DNA from: Anaerolineae bacterium
GTDB taxonomy: Bacteria; Chloroflexota; Anaerolineae; Fen-1058
Assembly (NCBI GenBank): GCA_041300525.1
Contig: JBGLNJ010000001.1
Span: 748,854 to 812,853, forward strand
Direction: 5' to 3'
DNA length: 64,000 bases
Positions 27,660 through 36,420 of this stretch are shown one piece after another. Below the pieces are notes generated by a model. The model did not search any database, was not told the origin of the DNA, and saw only the letters and a program-made list of their open reading frames with translations. The number at the start of each line of letters is the position of its first letter. Position 1 is the first letter of the stretch. Both the position numbers and the translations under genes were made by a program.

Positions 27660-28301
27660 ATGCAAGAGCTGTGGAATTTATTTCTGCGATTTGCCGGGCT
27701 GATCGCGCTGGTCTGCGCGGTTGCCGCCGCCTATAACCTCGCCATGGCTTACCGTGCCCATCGCACCGCGCGGTCGGCGCTGTTCGACGCGGAACGCCAG
27801 GTGATGAATGACCGCGTGAGCCGCTCCGGTGTCATCGGCTTGGTGTTGCTGGGCGTGACCTTGTTGTTCTTTGCGCTGGCGGTGATGGGCGGAGGAAGCG
27901 CCGCGCCCGCCGAGCAGCCAACGCGCGTGCCGACGCGCACGAGCACGCCGCGCGCAGGCGGTACGCCGGCCCAGCCTGGCACGCCCACCTCGTTGCCGAC
28001 TTTGGCCGGGCCGACAGTGCCGCCCCCTCCGGGAGCGACCAAGACGCCGTCGCCCGCGACGCCGACGAGATCCGCCACAGGCGGCAGCAAGACGGCCGTC
28101 GTCACGGGGACGGCAGACGTAGGCGGGTTGAAGCTGCGTCAGACGCCGAATGGCGAGATCATTGACTCGCTGGCGGATGGCACGGTCGTGGAGCTTTTGA
28201 ACGAAACCAAGACCGAAGTGGGCATCGAGTGGCAGAGGGTCCGCGATGCCAAGAACCGCGAAGGTTGGGTGGCCGGGCAGTATTTGATTATCAATCCATA
28301 G
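27660..28301 (+). CDS. Membrane-anchored/secreted protein with Pro/Thr-rich linker and C-terminal SH3b-like domain
   Basis: Start MQELWNLFL... with RBS TAGGAGGG. Linker PTRVPTRTSTPRAGGTPAQPGTPTSLPTLAGPTVPPPPGATKTPSP. C-terminal SH3b-like domain (GLKLRQTPNGEIIDSLADGTVVELL...WVAGQYL). Confidence 0.6.
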   Translation: MQELWNLFLRFAGLIALVCAVAAAYNLAMAYRAHRTARSALFDAERQVMNDRVSRSGVIGLVLLGVTLLFFALAVMGGGSAAPAEQPTRVPTRTSTPRAGGTPAQPGTPTSLPTLAGPTVPPPPGATKTPSPATPTRSATGGSKTAVVTGTADVGGLKLRQTPNGEIIDSLADGTVVELLNETKTEVGIEWQRVRDAKNREGWVAGQYLIINP

Positions 28302-28395
28302 ACCCAAAGGGTTTCAGTCAAACCGAAGGTTAGGTCGCGCAACACCAACAGCGACAGGTCCTGCGTTACCCAAACAAATCAATCACTGCTATGCT

Positions 28396-28674
28396 ATGAG
28401 CAAGGAGACTTTAACCGAGCAGGTTGATAACGAGGAAGATGAGTTGCGCCCTGAGTACGATTTATCCCAGTTGCTCAAAGGTGGCATTCGAGGCAAGTAC
28501 ACTGAAAGATACAAAGCGGGCACGAATCTGGTTTTGTTAGAACCGGATGTGGCGCAAGCTTTTCCTGACGACGAAGCAGTTAACGAGGCCCTGCGTCTGG
28601 TAATGCAAATCTCTAAACTTCATATTCAGGCAGATGCTTCATCGCCAGTCCAAAGCGAGGCCTACCTTGGATAA
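28396..28674 (+). CDS. Small BrnA-like/CopG-type antitoxin-like protein (orphan)
   Basis: 92 aa with ELRPEYDLSQLLKGGIRGKY ... NLVLLEPDVAQAFPDDEAVNEALRLVMQ, resembling RHH/BrnA-type antitoxins. No cognate toxin gene is adjacent. Confidence 0.3.
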   Translation: MSKETLTEQVDNEEDELRPEYDLSQLLKGGIRGKYTERYKAGTNLVLLEPDVAQAFPDDEAVNEALRLVMQISKLHIQADASSPVQSEAYLG

Positions 28675-28676
28675 TA

Positions 28677-29576
28677 TCAGTATTGAGCACGACTTTTGCA
28701 CCTTAAAAACTGATCCCCATAACATTCAAGCCTAGGCGATTCCGAAACGTTTTCGCCAGCCCGAGGCAATACTCGCCCTACCTCCACTCCGATTCTCATA
28801 GAGTGGGGCAGGAACCCCTTGGTTAGCTGGTAGAGCCTCCAGCCAACCATGATATGCCATATCATCAAGAGCAATCCGGCGGCGGGTATGAAGCAGACAG
28901 CTAACAGCTCGCTATCTACCGTTGGCACAAAGGCAAAAGCAATGCAATAAGCCAAATCAAACGCACTTGCCAGAATTCCCACATAAGCGGTTGCCCGGTT
29001 GAACACAGCGCTCCGCAGCATGACAACTGAGGCAATCATACCGGCAACGGCAATGAAAAGCAAGCTTATATACCCCCCCGTGCCAGGATGAGAGCCAAGA
29101 TCGCTGAAACGATTGATAGCCAGCATCGCCTGCCCGGCTGCCAGCAACATGGTTCTCTGCGCTTCGGTTGTCGCGGCCGCGTATTGATCGCTGAGGGAAA
29201 GCATGGAGAAAGCCATGTTCGAGGCAAAGTAAACCGCTATCCCAAAAAAGCCCAGGGTCGTAGCGATGGCCATGTAGCTTTTATTAGCTCGCTCAAGGAC
29301 AGCATAGAGGGCGAGAAACATCAAGCCCACAAGAGCATAGTTAACAAGGTCAAAGATGTTGAGGTAAGAGAGTCCCAGGAGCCGATTGCTCTGAAGGAGC
29401 GCAAACCAGTTGCTTACAGTGGCAGGGGAGGGATGCTTGCTGAAAAGCCCGATTTCCGCAGCGATGTTCCTTCTGAAGAGTACACCTGCAATAAGGGCAG
29501 CCACTCCGCCGACTCTGTAGAGGCTCTCCCAGCCGGAGTCTAGAGTTTCGGCATTGGCAACTTTCATGATTTCCAT
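28677..29576 (-). CDS. Polytopic membrane protein of unknown function
   Basis: Start at MEIMKVANAE with RBS GGAAAGGAAGA. About 7 hydrophobic segments. The longer ORF to 29792 lacks an RBS. Confidence 0.55.
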   Translation of the reverse strand: MEIMKVANAETLDSGWESLYRVGGVAALIAGVLFRRNIAAEIGLFSKHPSPATVSNWFALLQSNRLLGLSYLNIFDLVNYALVGLMFLALYAVLERANKSYMAIATTLGFFGIAVYFASNMAFSMLSLSDQYAAATTEAQRTMLLAAGQAMLAINRFSDLGSHPGTGGYISLLFIAVAGMIASVVMLRSAVFNRATAYVGILASAFDLAYCIAFAFVPTVDSELLAVCFIPAAGLLLMIWHIMVGWRLYQLTKGFLPHSMRIGVEVGRVLPRAGENVSESPRLECYGDQFLRCKSRAQY

Positions 29577-29892
29577 TCTTCCTTTCCATTTTGTCCGATG
29601 AACGGCTGGCGTCGCCGGCCACCTGGCATTTATTCGGGATACTTGATTGTACTCCCAAAAGGCGGGGGGACACAAGTGGCCCCACACGGTCAGCGGGGTT
29701 GAAGAGACTCGTGGAAAGTACGTTGAGGTGAAACAAGCAGCAAGCGGGAGGCGTTCAAGGGGGTTCGAGTCCGATGGCTCATAGGGGTGCATGTCCGAGC
29801 GGTGGCAGCGTGATATTTGCGTAAAGACCCGGCGCTAGAGTTGGTGCAGCTGGCGATCCCGCGCCGCGTCTACACGCAGACCCTCCCGATGA

Positions 29893-29943
29893 CCGACGGA
29901 GGACGAACGACGAATGACATGGTCGTTCATCCTCCGTCATTCA
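29893..29943. repeat. Inverted heptamer-array hairpin (GGAGGAC GAACGAC GAATGAC ... GTCGTTC ATCCTCC GTCATTC) overlapping the stop codon of the channel gene
   Basis: Read directly from the sequence. Confidence 0.6.
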
Positions 29944-30398
29944 ACATTCCGCTTGCGCAATTCCTCCAAGATCGCATCCAGCCGTTCGATCATCACCTGC
30001 TGCCCCACGTCCGAGGCTGTGGCCGCTCTATGAGGCAGATCGAGCAACTCGTCCGTCAACGAAGGGCCCACGGTCATGGCCAGGGTTGCAATCGCTCGTC
30101 CCGCCTGCGTTTGCGCAAAGATATCGGCATAGCCCACCGAGAGGCACGTGCCGATATAGTACAGCGCATCCACAAACGTCTTGATCTTGGGATTCGCATC
30201 GCGCTCGGCCAGGTAGAACGCCGCCGACGTTCCCAGCAAGAACCCCGCCAGCGATTCCATCGGGTAACGGGTCAGGCGCTCGACGATCTCGGATTCGATC
30301 TCGCCGCGCTTGTCCACGACCCCGCGCCAGGCCTCGACGACTTGCGCGCTGGAAATGCCCGTAAAGGTTTTCAGCATATCAGGAGTGGACTTTATCAC
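29937..30398 (-). CDS. Two-TM pore-loop ion channel (Ion_trans_2 / KcsA-like) with non-canonical filter SVGYAD
   Basis: TM1 LAGFLLGTSAAFYLA, pore helix and filter FVDALYYIGTCLSVGYADIF, TM2 AGRAIATLAMTVGPSL. The GTG start overlaps the pspA stop (GTGA). Confidence 0.5.
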   Translation of the reverse strand: MIKSTPDMLKTFTGISSAQVVEAWRGVVDKRGEIESEIVERLTRYPMESLAGFLLGTSAAFYLAERDANPKIKTFVDALYYIGTCLSVGYADIFAQTQAGRAIATLAMTVGPSLTDELLDLPHRAATASDVGQQVMIERLDAILEELRKRNVE

Positions 30399-30841
30399 GG
30401 CGTTCTTCTCCCAGACTTGTCGCTCTTTGCACGGCGAGCCTCTTGAGCCTTGTCCTGCAACGCGGCTACGGATGCCTTCATCTCGGCCACCACCTGCCGC
30501 TGATGATCGAGCTTTTTCTGCGATTCCTCGGCCACGCGCTCATACGCCATCTTGCGCTTGAGCGCCCGACGCGCCTGCTCTTCATCACCCGCTTTCAACG
30601 ACGCATCGGTCTTGGCGTCCCATTCCGCGCCTGAGGCCCGCGCGGCTTGCACCTGTTTCTCAAGCTGGTGCTGCTGCGCGATAGCCGCTGCGACGGCATC
30701 TCTGGCTTGCGCGATCCCTTCATCCATCTCGGCCAGATAGTGCGCCACAACGTCCTGCGGATCGGCCTCGTCCATCAGCAGGTCGCTCAGATTGACTTGG
30801 AGTAGAGCAGCAATGCGCCGGGATAGCTTTAGGTTTGACAT
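30395..30841 (-). CDS. pspA: PspA/IM30 (Vipp1) family protein, short 148-aa form
   Basis: Coiled-coil with PspA N-terminal signature (LLQVNLSDLLMDEADPQDVVAHYLAEMDEGIAQARDAVA...). Confidence 0.7.
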   Translation of the reverse strand: MSNLKLSRRIAALLQVNLSDLLMDEADPQDVVAHYLAEMDEGIAQARDAVAAAIAQQHQLEKQVQAARASGAEWDAKTDASLKAGDEEQARRALKRKMAYERVAEESQKKLDHQRQVVAEMKASVAALQDKAQEARRAKSDKSGRRTP

Positions 30842-30935
30842 TCGACTTGATGCGAACGACGGACGTTCGATTCCGTCATTCGTCGTTCGTCACGCGAAGC
30901 GTCCCTCTTTAGGGGGGTTCGCCATTCGCCATTCG
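30842..30935. repeat. Heptamer-periodic hairpin repeat (TTCGTCA / GCCATTC units) between flotillin and pspA
   Basis: ...TCCGTCATTCGTCGTTCGTCACGCGAAGCG...GTTCGCCATTCGCCATTCGTCATGAC. Confidence 0.55.
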
Positions 30936-33065
30936 TCATGACTTGGCCGCTGCGGCATAGCGCAGATAGATATCTTCAAAGTTGGCGTCGGCCAGGAAGG
31001 GCAGCAGCGCCAACGCCGCGCGCGCCTGGGCGACGGCGGGCTTGTCGGCCTCGGCGGCCTTGGCTTCCAGTTGATCGAGCACCTGGCTCACGGTCTGCTT
31101 CTTGAGCTTGTTCACGTCCAGCGTGCGATCCACCACGGCCATGAGCTGTGGCATGAGGGTCGCCACCTGCTCCAGCGTCATCCTCTGGCCGGGCTGTTCT
31201 TTCTTGCCGTTGCCCATCACTTTGTCGAGCAACTGGCTGCCCAGTTCCTTGACCTGCGGCGGCACCGCGCCCACCACGTCATTCATCCCTTCGGCAAACG
31301 ACATCAGGCGCAGGATGCTTTCGGCGGCATCGGGCGTGCCATACATCTTGATCTGCATGTTAGCAATCGCCGCGCCGATAGCTTGCGCGCGCGCCACACC
31401 GATCTGAACCTGGGCATCAAGCTGCATGCGCTGCAACTCTAACTTTTGGCTCACGTTGTCGAACGCCGCCAACGCTTCGGCCTTGGCCTTTTGGCCTTCG
31501 GCTTCGGCCAACCCCTTGGCCTTGACCGTCTCGGCTTCGGCCAGACCTTTGGCGCGGATGACCTCGGCCTCGACCTGGGTGGCCTCGGCCTTGGCGCGGA
31601 TCACGTCAGCCTCTGCCGTGCCTTGCAAGCGAGACGCCTCGGCTTTGGCGCGCAAGACTTCGGCTTCGGCCAGACCGATCGCGCTGGAGCGAGCGCGTTC
31701 GGCGTCGGCGAGCATCTTTTCGGCGTCGCTTTCGGCCTGCGCTTGAGTGCGTTTGGTTTCGGCCTGCTTTTGCGCCGCCTCGAACTCGGCCTGGGCGATT
31801 TGCTTGAGCGCAGCCGCTTGCGCTTCGGCATCGCGAACCTTTTTCAGCACCTCGATCTCGACGGCATTCTTGCGGTCAATCATCAAGCGCTGCGCGTCGC
31901 GCTCGGCCTGAATGACCTGGATAGCGGCCTCACGCCTGGCCCTGGCCGTCTCTTCGACGGTCGTGACGTCCTGCGCGGCCTGCTCGCGTTGAGCGGACAC
32001 CAACAAGCGTTCTTTTTCCGCCGCCTCACGCTTTTGCTGCTCGGTGAGCACCGCGATCTGTTTGGTCTGCTCGGTCACTTCGCTGGCCTGGTTGCGCACA
32101 ATTTCGGCCACCTGGTATTCCTGCTTCTTGCGCTCGTCCTGCACCAGGATGGTCTGCTCCATCTCGATCTCGGACAACTTGACCGCGCGCTCTTTGGCGA
32201 TGCGCCCCTGTTCCGCCGATTGCTCCTGCTCATAGATAGACTTGTCGGCGGTGGATTTTTCGACCGCCTGGCGCGTGCGCACCTCGCGGTTTTGCGTGGC
32301 GGTGGCAAAAGCCAGGTCTTGCTCCATGGTCAGCTTTTCTTTAGCCGTGTTAATGTCGCGTTGTTTGATCTCGACTTCGGTCTTGCGCTCGATGTCGTTG
32401 CGCTCGCGCTGCGCTGCCTGAATGACCTGAGCATTGGCGCGGGCCACCTGAGCGCCGAACACGTCGTCGGTGCCGAACGAGCCTTGACGGGCCGCCTTGA
32501 GCGTGAGGATGCTCACGCTTTCCAGCACCAGGCCGTTTTCCTCCAGGTCGCTCTTGACGCGGTTTTGGACTTCCATGATAAACTTTTCGCGTTCCTGGTG
32601 CAGGCTCATCAAGGTAAAGGTGGCGGCCACATCGCGCAGCGCGCCGTCGAGCTTGGCCTCGACCAGCGTCTTGATGGCATTCGCGTCCACGGACTTTAAT
32701 CCAATCGTGCGCGCGGCGTCAATGATGCCTTCCACCGTCGGGCTGACCTTGATGTAAAAAATAGCCTTGATGTCCGCATACTGCGGGTCTTTGGTGAGGA
32801 GCGCGTTCTGCTCGGTGCGCTCGATCTCGATTGCCATCGTGCCCAGGTCTACCCACGTGACCATGTGGATGAACCCGAACACCCACGACCCGCCGTTCAT
32901 CACGACCTTGGGCGGGGCGTCGGGCTTGCGCAAAAATCCGCCCGTGCGCACGAACGCCCGGTTGGCTGGCGCTTTGACGTAGGACTTGGCAATCATCGCA
33001 AAGAACACCAAGACTGCGATGCCGACAAGACAAGAGATGGTGACTGCTAGTAACATGGGATCCAT
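30936..33065 (-). CDS. Flotillin-like protein (SPFH/band-7 domain plus a long Ala/Glu-rich coiled coil), 709 aa
   Basis: N-terminal TM, SPFH domain (...GGSWVFGFIHMVTWVDLGTMAIEIE...), and extended EA-repeat flotillin-type coiled coil. Confidence 0.85.
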   Translation of the reverse strand: MDPMLLAVTISCLVGIAVLVFFAMIAKSYVKAPANRAFVRTGGFLRKPDAPPKVVMNGGSWVFGFIHMVTWVDLGTMAIEIERTEQNALLTKDPQYADIKAIFYIKVSPTVEGIIDAARTIGLKSVDANAIKTLVEAKLDGALRDVAATFTLMSLHQEREKFIMEVQNRVKSDLEENGLVLESVSILTLKAARQGSFGTDDVFGAQVARANAQVIQAAQRERNDIERKTEVEIKQRDINTAKEKLTMEQDLAFATATQNREVRTRQAVEKSTADKSIYEQEQSAEQGRIAKERAVKLSEIEMEQTILVQDERKKQEYQVAEIVRNQASEVTEQTKQIAVLTEQQKREAAEKERLLVSAQREQAAQDVTTVEETARARREAAIQVIQAERDAQRLMIDRKNAVEIEVLKKVRDAEAQAAALKQIAQAEFEAAQKQAETKRTQAQAESDAEKMLADAERARSSAIGLAEAEVLRAKAEASRLQGTAEADVIRAKAEATQVEAEVIRAKGLAEAETVKAKGLAEAEGQKAKAEALAAFDNVSQKLELQRMQLDAQVQIGVARAQAIGAAIANMQIKMYGTPDAAESILRLMSFAEGMNDVVGAVPPQVKELGSQLLDKVMGNGKKEQPGQRMTLEQVATLMPQLMAVVDRTLDVNKLKKQTVSQVLDQLEAKAAEADKPAVAQARAALALLPFLADANFEDIYLRYAAAAKS

Positions 33066-33168
33066 TGTGCGCCTCCTCTATATGATACTTGACGAGTGAA
33101 ATGTGATGCGCGCAGCGCGCCTCACAATCCGCCGGCATGACGACAAACAGCTTGTTCGCCTTGCCGTG

Positions 33169-33498
33169 TTAGCGCCTGGGATGCAGCAGATTCATGCCGG
33201 CGCTGATCAAGGTATTGGCAAGCCCCACGGCAATGTAGAGCAAGACAATCGGCAAACCATAGGCCAGAATCTCTGCGGGCACCGTCAACAGTCCACCTTC
33301 CCAGCCGATGGACAGACGATCCGGGAACAACTGTCGGAAAAAAGCCAACTCTTTGGGGTCAACGAATAGCGAATAGATCTCCAACAACACCCCCAACGCC
33401 GCCCCCAGACCGCTCAGAATCAAAACGTAGCCCATCCCGTTTTTCAGATTCACCGGCTTGTAGAGGGTATCGAATTGACCGCCTGGTTCCTGTATCAT
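33169..33498 (-). CDS. Small two/three-TM membrane protein (operon partner of the NfeD-like gene and flotillin)
   Basis: 109-aa ORF with hydrophobic helices (YVLILSGLGAALGVLLEIYSLF; ILAYGLPIVLLYIAVGLANTLI). Start may be the internal MGYVLIL at 33435. Confidence 0.4.
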   Translation of the reverse strand: MIQEPGGQFDTLYKPVNLKNGMGYVLILSGLGAALGVLLEIYSLFVDPKELAFFRQLFPDRLSIGWEGGLLTVPAEILAYGLPIVLLYIAVGLANTLISAGMNLLHPRR

Positions 33499-33527
33499 GT
33501 CAACCTCAGCCTATCGCCTTTCACGCC

Positions 33528-34355
33528 TCACATCTCCGACGGCACGACGATAAACACCTTCTTGGCCGTGTCGTACTCGACCAGAATCACTTCGGTATCG
33601 CGCGGGATGGCGGGCTTGCCCGGATCAACCACGGCGAACACGGTGATGAGCGTGCCGCCCACATCGCGCAGCTTGACCTGGCCGTACTTTTCGTCCACCT
33701 GCGGGCTGACGACATACCCGCGCCGGCTCACCAGCCGCTTGACCGAGGTGGCCGTGCTGGAAAAGGCCGGCACCGCACGACCGATGAATACCGCCACGCG
33801 CGAAGTCAACAAGAATGCAAGGAACAAGTCCAAAAGTAAAACGACAACCAGCGCCCAACCGGGATAGGGACGGAATACGCCAACCACAGAGGCATTGGCA
33901 ATCCAGCCCAAAATTCCAAACCCGCCCAGCAATACCAGCAGAATCATGGTTACGGGCGCCTGACCCACGCCCAGGAATTGCAGCGCCCCCGCCCACGCGG
34001 GCAGGCTTCCCGCGTCGTGGCTTACGTCGTGGTCCACATCGTGGTCAACATCGTGATCCATATCGTGGCCCAGGTCGGCGTCGTGCTCCACGGCGAGGTC
34101 GTGGTCTACCGCCACATCGTGATCTAGGGCGAGGTCGTGATCCACGGCAAGATCGTGATCTAGAGCGAGGTCATGCTCCAGGCTGACGTCGTGATCCAGG
34201 TCAACGTGAACATCTGCGTCGGCATCGGCATCGTGATCTTGTTCCAGGCCGAGGAACTGTAAAGCCGAAAGACCGAGGAAGGCCAGGAGCGCCAACGTGA
34301 ACGGGATATTGTACCAGGCGGTGGCGAATGTCCACAGGTCAACGAGAGCTTTCAC
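33528..34355 (-). CDS. NfeD-like (YuaF-type) membrane protein with C-terminal OB-fold and an inserted His-Asp hexapeptide repeat tract
   Basis: GTG start after RBS AAGGAAAAAG (VKALVDLWTF...). HD-repeat DHDADADADVHVDLDHDVSLEHDLALDHDLAVDHDLALDHDVAVDHDLAVEHDADLGHDMDHDVDHDVDHDVSHD. C-terminal NfeD OB-fold (GYVVSPQVDEKYGQVKLRDVGGTLITVFAVV...VEYDTAKKVFIVVP). Confidence 0.65.
   Translation of the reverse strand: MKALVDLWTFATAWYNIPFTLALLAFLGLSALQFLGLEQDHDADADADVHVDLDHDVSLEHDLALDHDLAVDHDLALDHDVAVDHDLAVEHDADLGHDMDHDVDHDVDHDVSHDAGSLPAWAGALQFLGVGQAPVTMILLVLLGGFGILGWIANASVVGVFRPYPGWALVVVLLLDLFLAFLLTSRVAVFIGRAVPAFSSTATSVKRLVSRRGYVVSPQVDEKYGQVKLRDVGGTLITVFAVVDPGKPAIPRDTEVILVEYDTAKKVFIVVPSEM
33990..34240 (-). 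repeat. In-frame ~18-nt tandem repeat encoding (D-H-D-[LV]-A-[LV])n
   Basis: DNA periodicity GGCGAGGTCGTGATCCAC / GGCAAGATCGTGATCTAG / AGCGAGGTCATGCTCCAG on the plus strand. Confidence 0.6.
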
Positions 34356-34554
34356 GTTACTTTTTCCTTGCCGTCGGCAAAGCCAGAGGCGCGCGAGAGG
34401 CTCTGCGACGATGCGCGGGTTGCTGCCCATTCAGGAATCTGGTTCGGCCTTGATTCTATCACACGTCTACCCGGGAATCAACTCCGGGAGGCGAACCGAA
34501 GCGGACAGTTGGCTGACACAAACGGAAAGGCCCTGTTGGATTCACGATTTTTCC

Positions 34555-35304
34555 TCACTCGGGCCGGTGACTGCTTTTCTCCGACCGCCGGGACAAGCTC
34601 ACCAACGAGATACCCAGCGCCACCAGCCCGACGACCTGTGCCGCACGCCATCCGCCCGGCAGCAAAAGACTATCCGCGCGAAAAGCTTCCAGGAACACGC
34701 GTTGAGCGGAATACAATGCCAGGAACAATAGCGTCGCCGTGCCAGGCTTTGGATGACGACGCAGCATCACGAGCAACACGAGCAGGGTCGCCAGCATTGC
34801 CAACATCTCATAGATTTGAGTCGGGTGACGCTCCATGTCCCACAACTCGATGGCCCACGGCAGCGTCGAAGGCGTCCCGTAAGCTTCGCCGGAGAACAAA
34901 TTCGACAGCGAGACCGCAGCAAGCAAGAAGGCCGCGCCCGGCGTCAGCGCGTCGAGCCAGCGCGCAGTGAGCAACTTGTTACGCCAGGCATACAGCGCCC
35001 CGACCGACACGCCCACACCCCATCCTCCTGTCGCATCCAGCGTGCTCAAGTTCAGCGAGACAATGCCCAGTGGGTCGCCTGCAAATGCCGTCCAGTGTGT
35101 CAAGACGTACCACACCCGCGCGCCGAGGATGCCGGCAACCGCCGCGTAAAAGCCGGGGTTGTAGACGTCGTCGTCCTTCAGCCCAAAAGTCTTGGCTCCG
35201 CGCGCCGCCACCCACAGCGCCGCCCCAAAGCCAAATATGACGATCAGGCCAGGCAACTGCACCACCACGGGGCCGATGTGTATCACTGGCGCCGGAAAAA
35301 TCAC
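34555..35304 (-). CDS. lgt: Prolipoprotein diacylglyceryl transferase
   Basis: ...APVIHIGPVVVQLPGLIVIFGFG... and HPTQIYEML align to Lgt signatures. Confidence 0.8.
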   Translation of the reverse strand: MIFPAPVIHIGPVVVQLPGLIVIFGFGAALWVAARGAKTFGLKDDDVYNPGFYAAVAGILGARVWYVLTHWTAFAGDPLGIVSLNLSTLDATGGWGVGVSVGALYAWRNKLLTARWLDALTPGAAFLLAAVSLSNLFSGEAYGTPSTLPWAIELWDMERHPTQIYEMLAMLATLLVLLVMLRRHPKPGTATLLFLALYSAQRVFLEAFRADSLLLPGGWRAAQVVGLVALGISLVSLSRRSEKSSHRPE

Positions 35305-35319
35305 GCCGCTGCTCCATCA

Positions 35320-35360
35320 TCAGACGAAGGACGAAAGGCCATCGTTCGTCCTTCGTCATT
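35320..35360. repeat. Inverted heptamer-array hairpin (GACGAAG GACGAAA ... CGTTCGT CCTTCGT CA) between lgt and the tlpA-like gene
   Basis: Read directly from the sequence; it overlaps the tlpA-like stop codon. Confidence 0.55.
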
Positions 35361-35883
35361 TCATCAAGTCCGTGACTTTGCTCTCAATGGCGGCCTTCGT
35401 CAGCGGCCCACCTACAATCATGTCACGGATCGTTCCATCGCGCCCGATAAAGAGCGTCGTCGGCAGGCCCTGCACCCGGTAAAGCGCAAGCGCCTCGCCA
35501 TCCGAATCGAGCGCCACCGGGAAGGTCAATCCGATGCCCGCCACGAATTGGGTCACAACGTCTTGCGGCTCGGCGACGTCTACGCCGATGATCACCAGGC
35601 CCTCGTCACGATGATTCTTGTAGACCTCCTCGAACGCCGGCAACTCGGCGCGGCAAGGCGGGCACCACGTGGCCCAAAAGTTGACGATCACCGGCTTGCC
35701 GATCTGCCGAGAAAGGGTGAACGTTCCGCCGTCGAGCGTGGGAAGAGAAATGTCCGGCGTGGCGCGCCGGGCGCGCTCGCGTGTTGCCAGCGCCCCCGGC
35801 GCACGCGAGGCAATTGTCCACGCCGCGCCTGCGACGAGGATTACCACGATCAATACATTCCACTGAGCACGAAAGAGTTTCAT
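35356..35883 (-). CDS. TlpA/ResA-family thiol:disulfide oxidoreductase (thioredoxin fold, membrane-anchored)
   Basis: Start MKLFRAQWNVLIVVILVAG (signal anchor); WATWCPPCRAELP active site. Confidence 0.8.
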   Translation of the reverse strand: MKLFRAQWNVLIVVILVAGAAWTIASRAPGALATRERARRATPDISLPTLDGGTFTLSRQIGKPVIVNFWATWCPPCRAELPAFEEVYKNHRDEGLVIIGVDVAEPQDVVTQFVAGIGLTFPVALDSDGEALALYRVQGLPTTLFIGRDGTIRDMIVGGPLTKAAIESKVTDLMK

Positions 35884-36147
35884 TTTTCGGATGTGGGAGT
35901 GATAAAGGAATAGGCTTGGCGGTGCCGGTATTTTAGCCCACTTGCAGCGGTTGCGCAACAGGTCGCTTTGCGGGGCAAGTTTCAGTTCTAGTATTTGAGA
36001 GTTGGGGATTATGATGTTATAATGAGATTGGAGACTGTCTGAATTCAGCGAGCGCCGGCTTTTGGCGAACACGCCGCAAATCGGCGTTCCAGTGCCAGCC
36101 GACTGTTGTGTTCCGTCTTTCAGACAAGCTCTCAAGGAGGCAACAGC

Positions 36148-36417
36148 ATGAAGATAGAGTTGGACGACAAGGAACAAAAGGTGTTGAACACGCTGGCTCG
36201 CAGCGGCGTGATGAGCCCCAGCCAGGTATCGGCCGAAACATGGATCCTTCCCGGCGACACGCTGGCAGTGATCAAATCGCTGGCCGACGCAGGGCTGGTG
36301 CAGATGCGCGAAGACGCCGACAGCACCGACGGCAAGCTGGTGGCGCTCACGGCTCAGGCTCGTGACCTTTTAGACATGGGAAACAAGCGGCAAGTGAAAC
36401 TCTTTAGCAAGAGGTGA
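36148..36417 (+). CDS. Small winged-helix/HTH-like protein (89 aa), unknown function
   Basis: RBS AAGGAGG; MKIELDDKEQKVLNTLARSGVMSPSQVSAE... Its stop overlaps the next gene's start. Confidence 0.45.
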   Translation: MKIELDDKEQKVLNTLARSGVMSPSQVSAETWILPGDTLAVIKSLADAGLVQMREDADSTDGKLVALTAQARDLLDMGNKRQVKLFSKR

Positions 36418-36420
36418 TGT

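Noticed and set aside
29817-30446. Plus-strand 209-aa ORF across the channel gene / hairpin region
   Set aside because: Antisense to the channel and pspA genes. It starts inside the heptamer hairpin. No homology features.
31446-32699. Plus-strand 417-aa ORF antisense to flotillin
   Set aside because: Low-complexity Leu/Gly/Arg-rich mirror of the Ala/Glu coiled-coil coding sequence.
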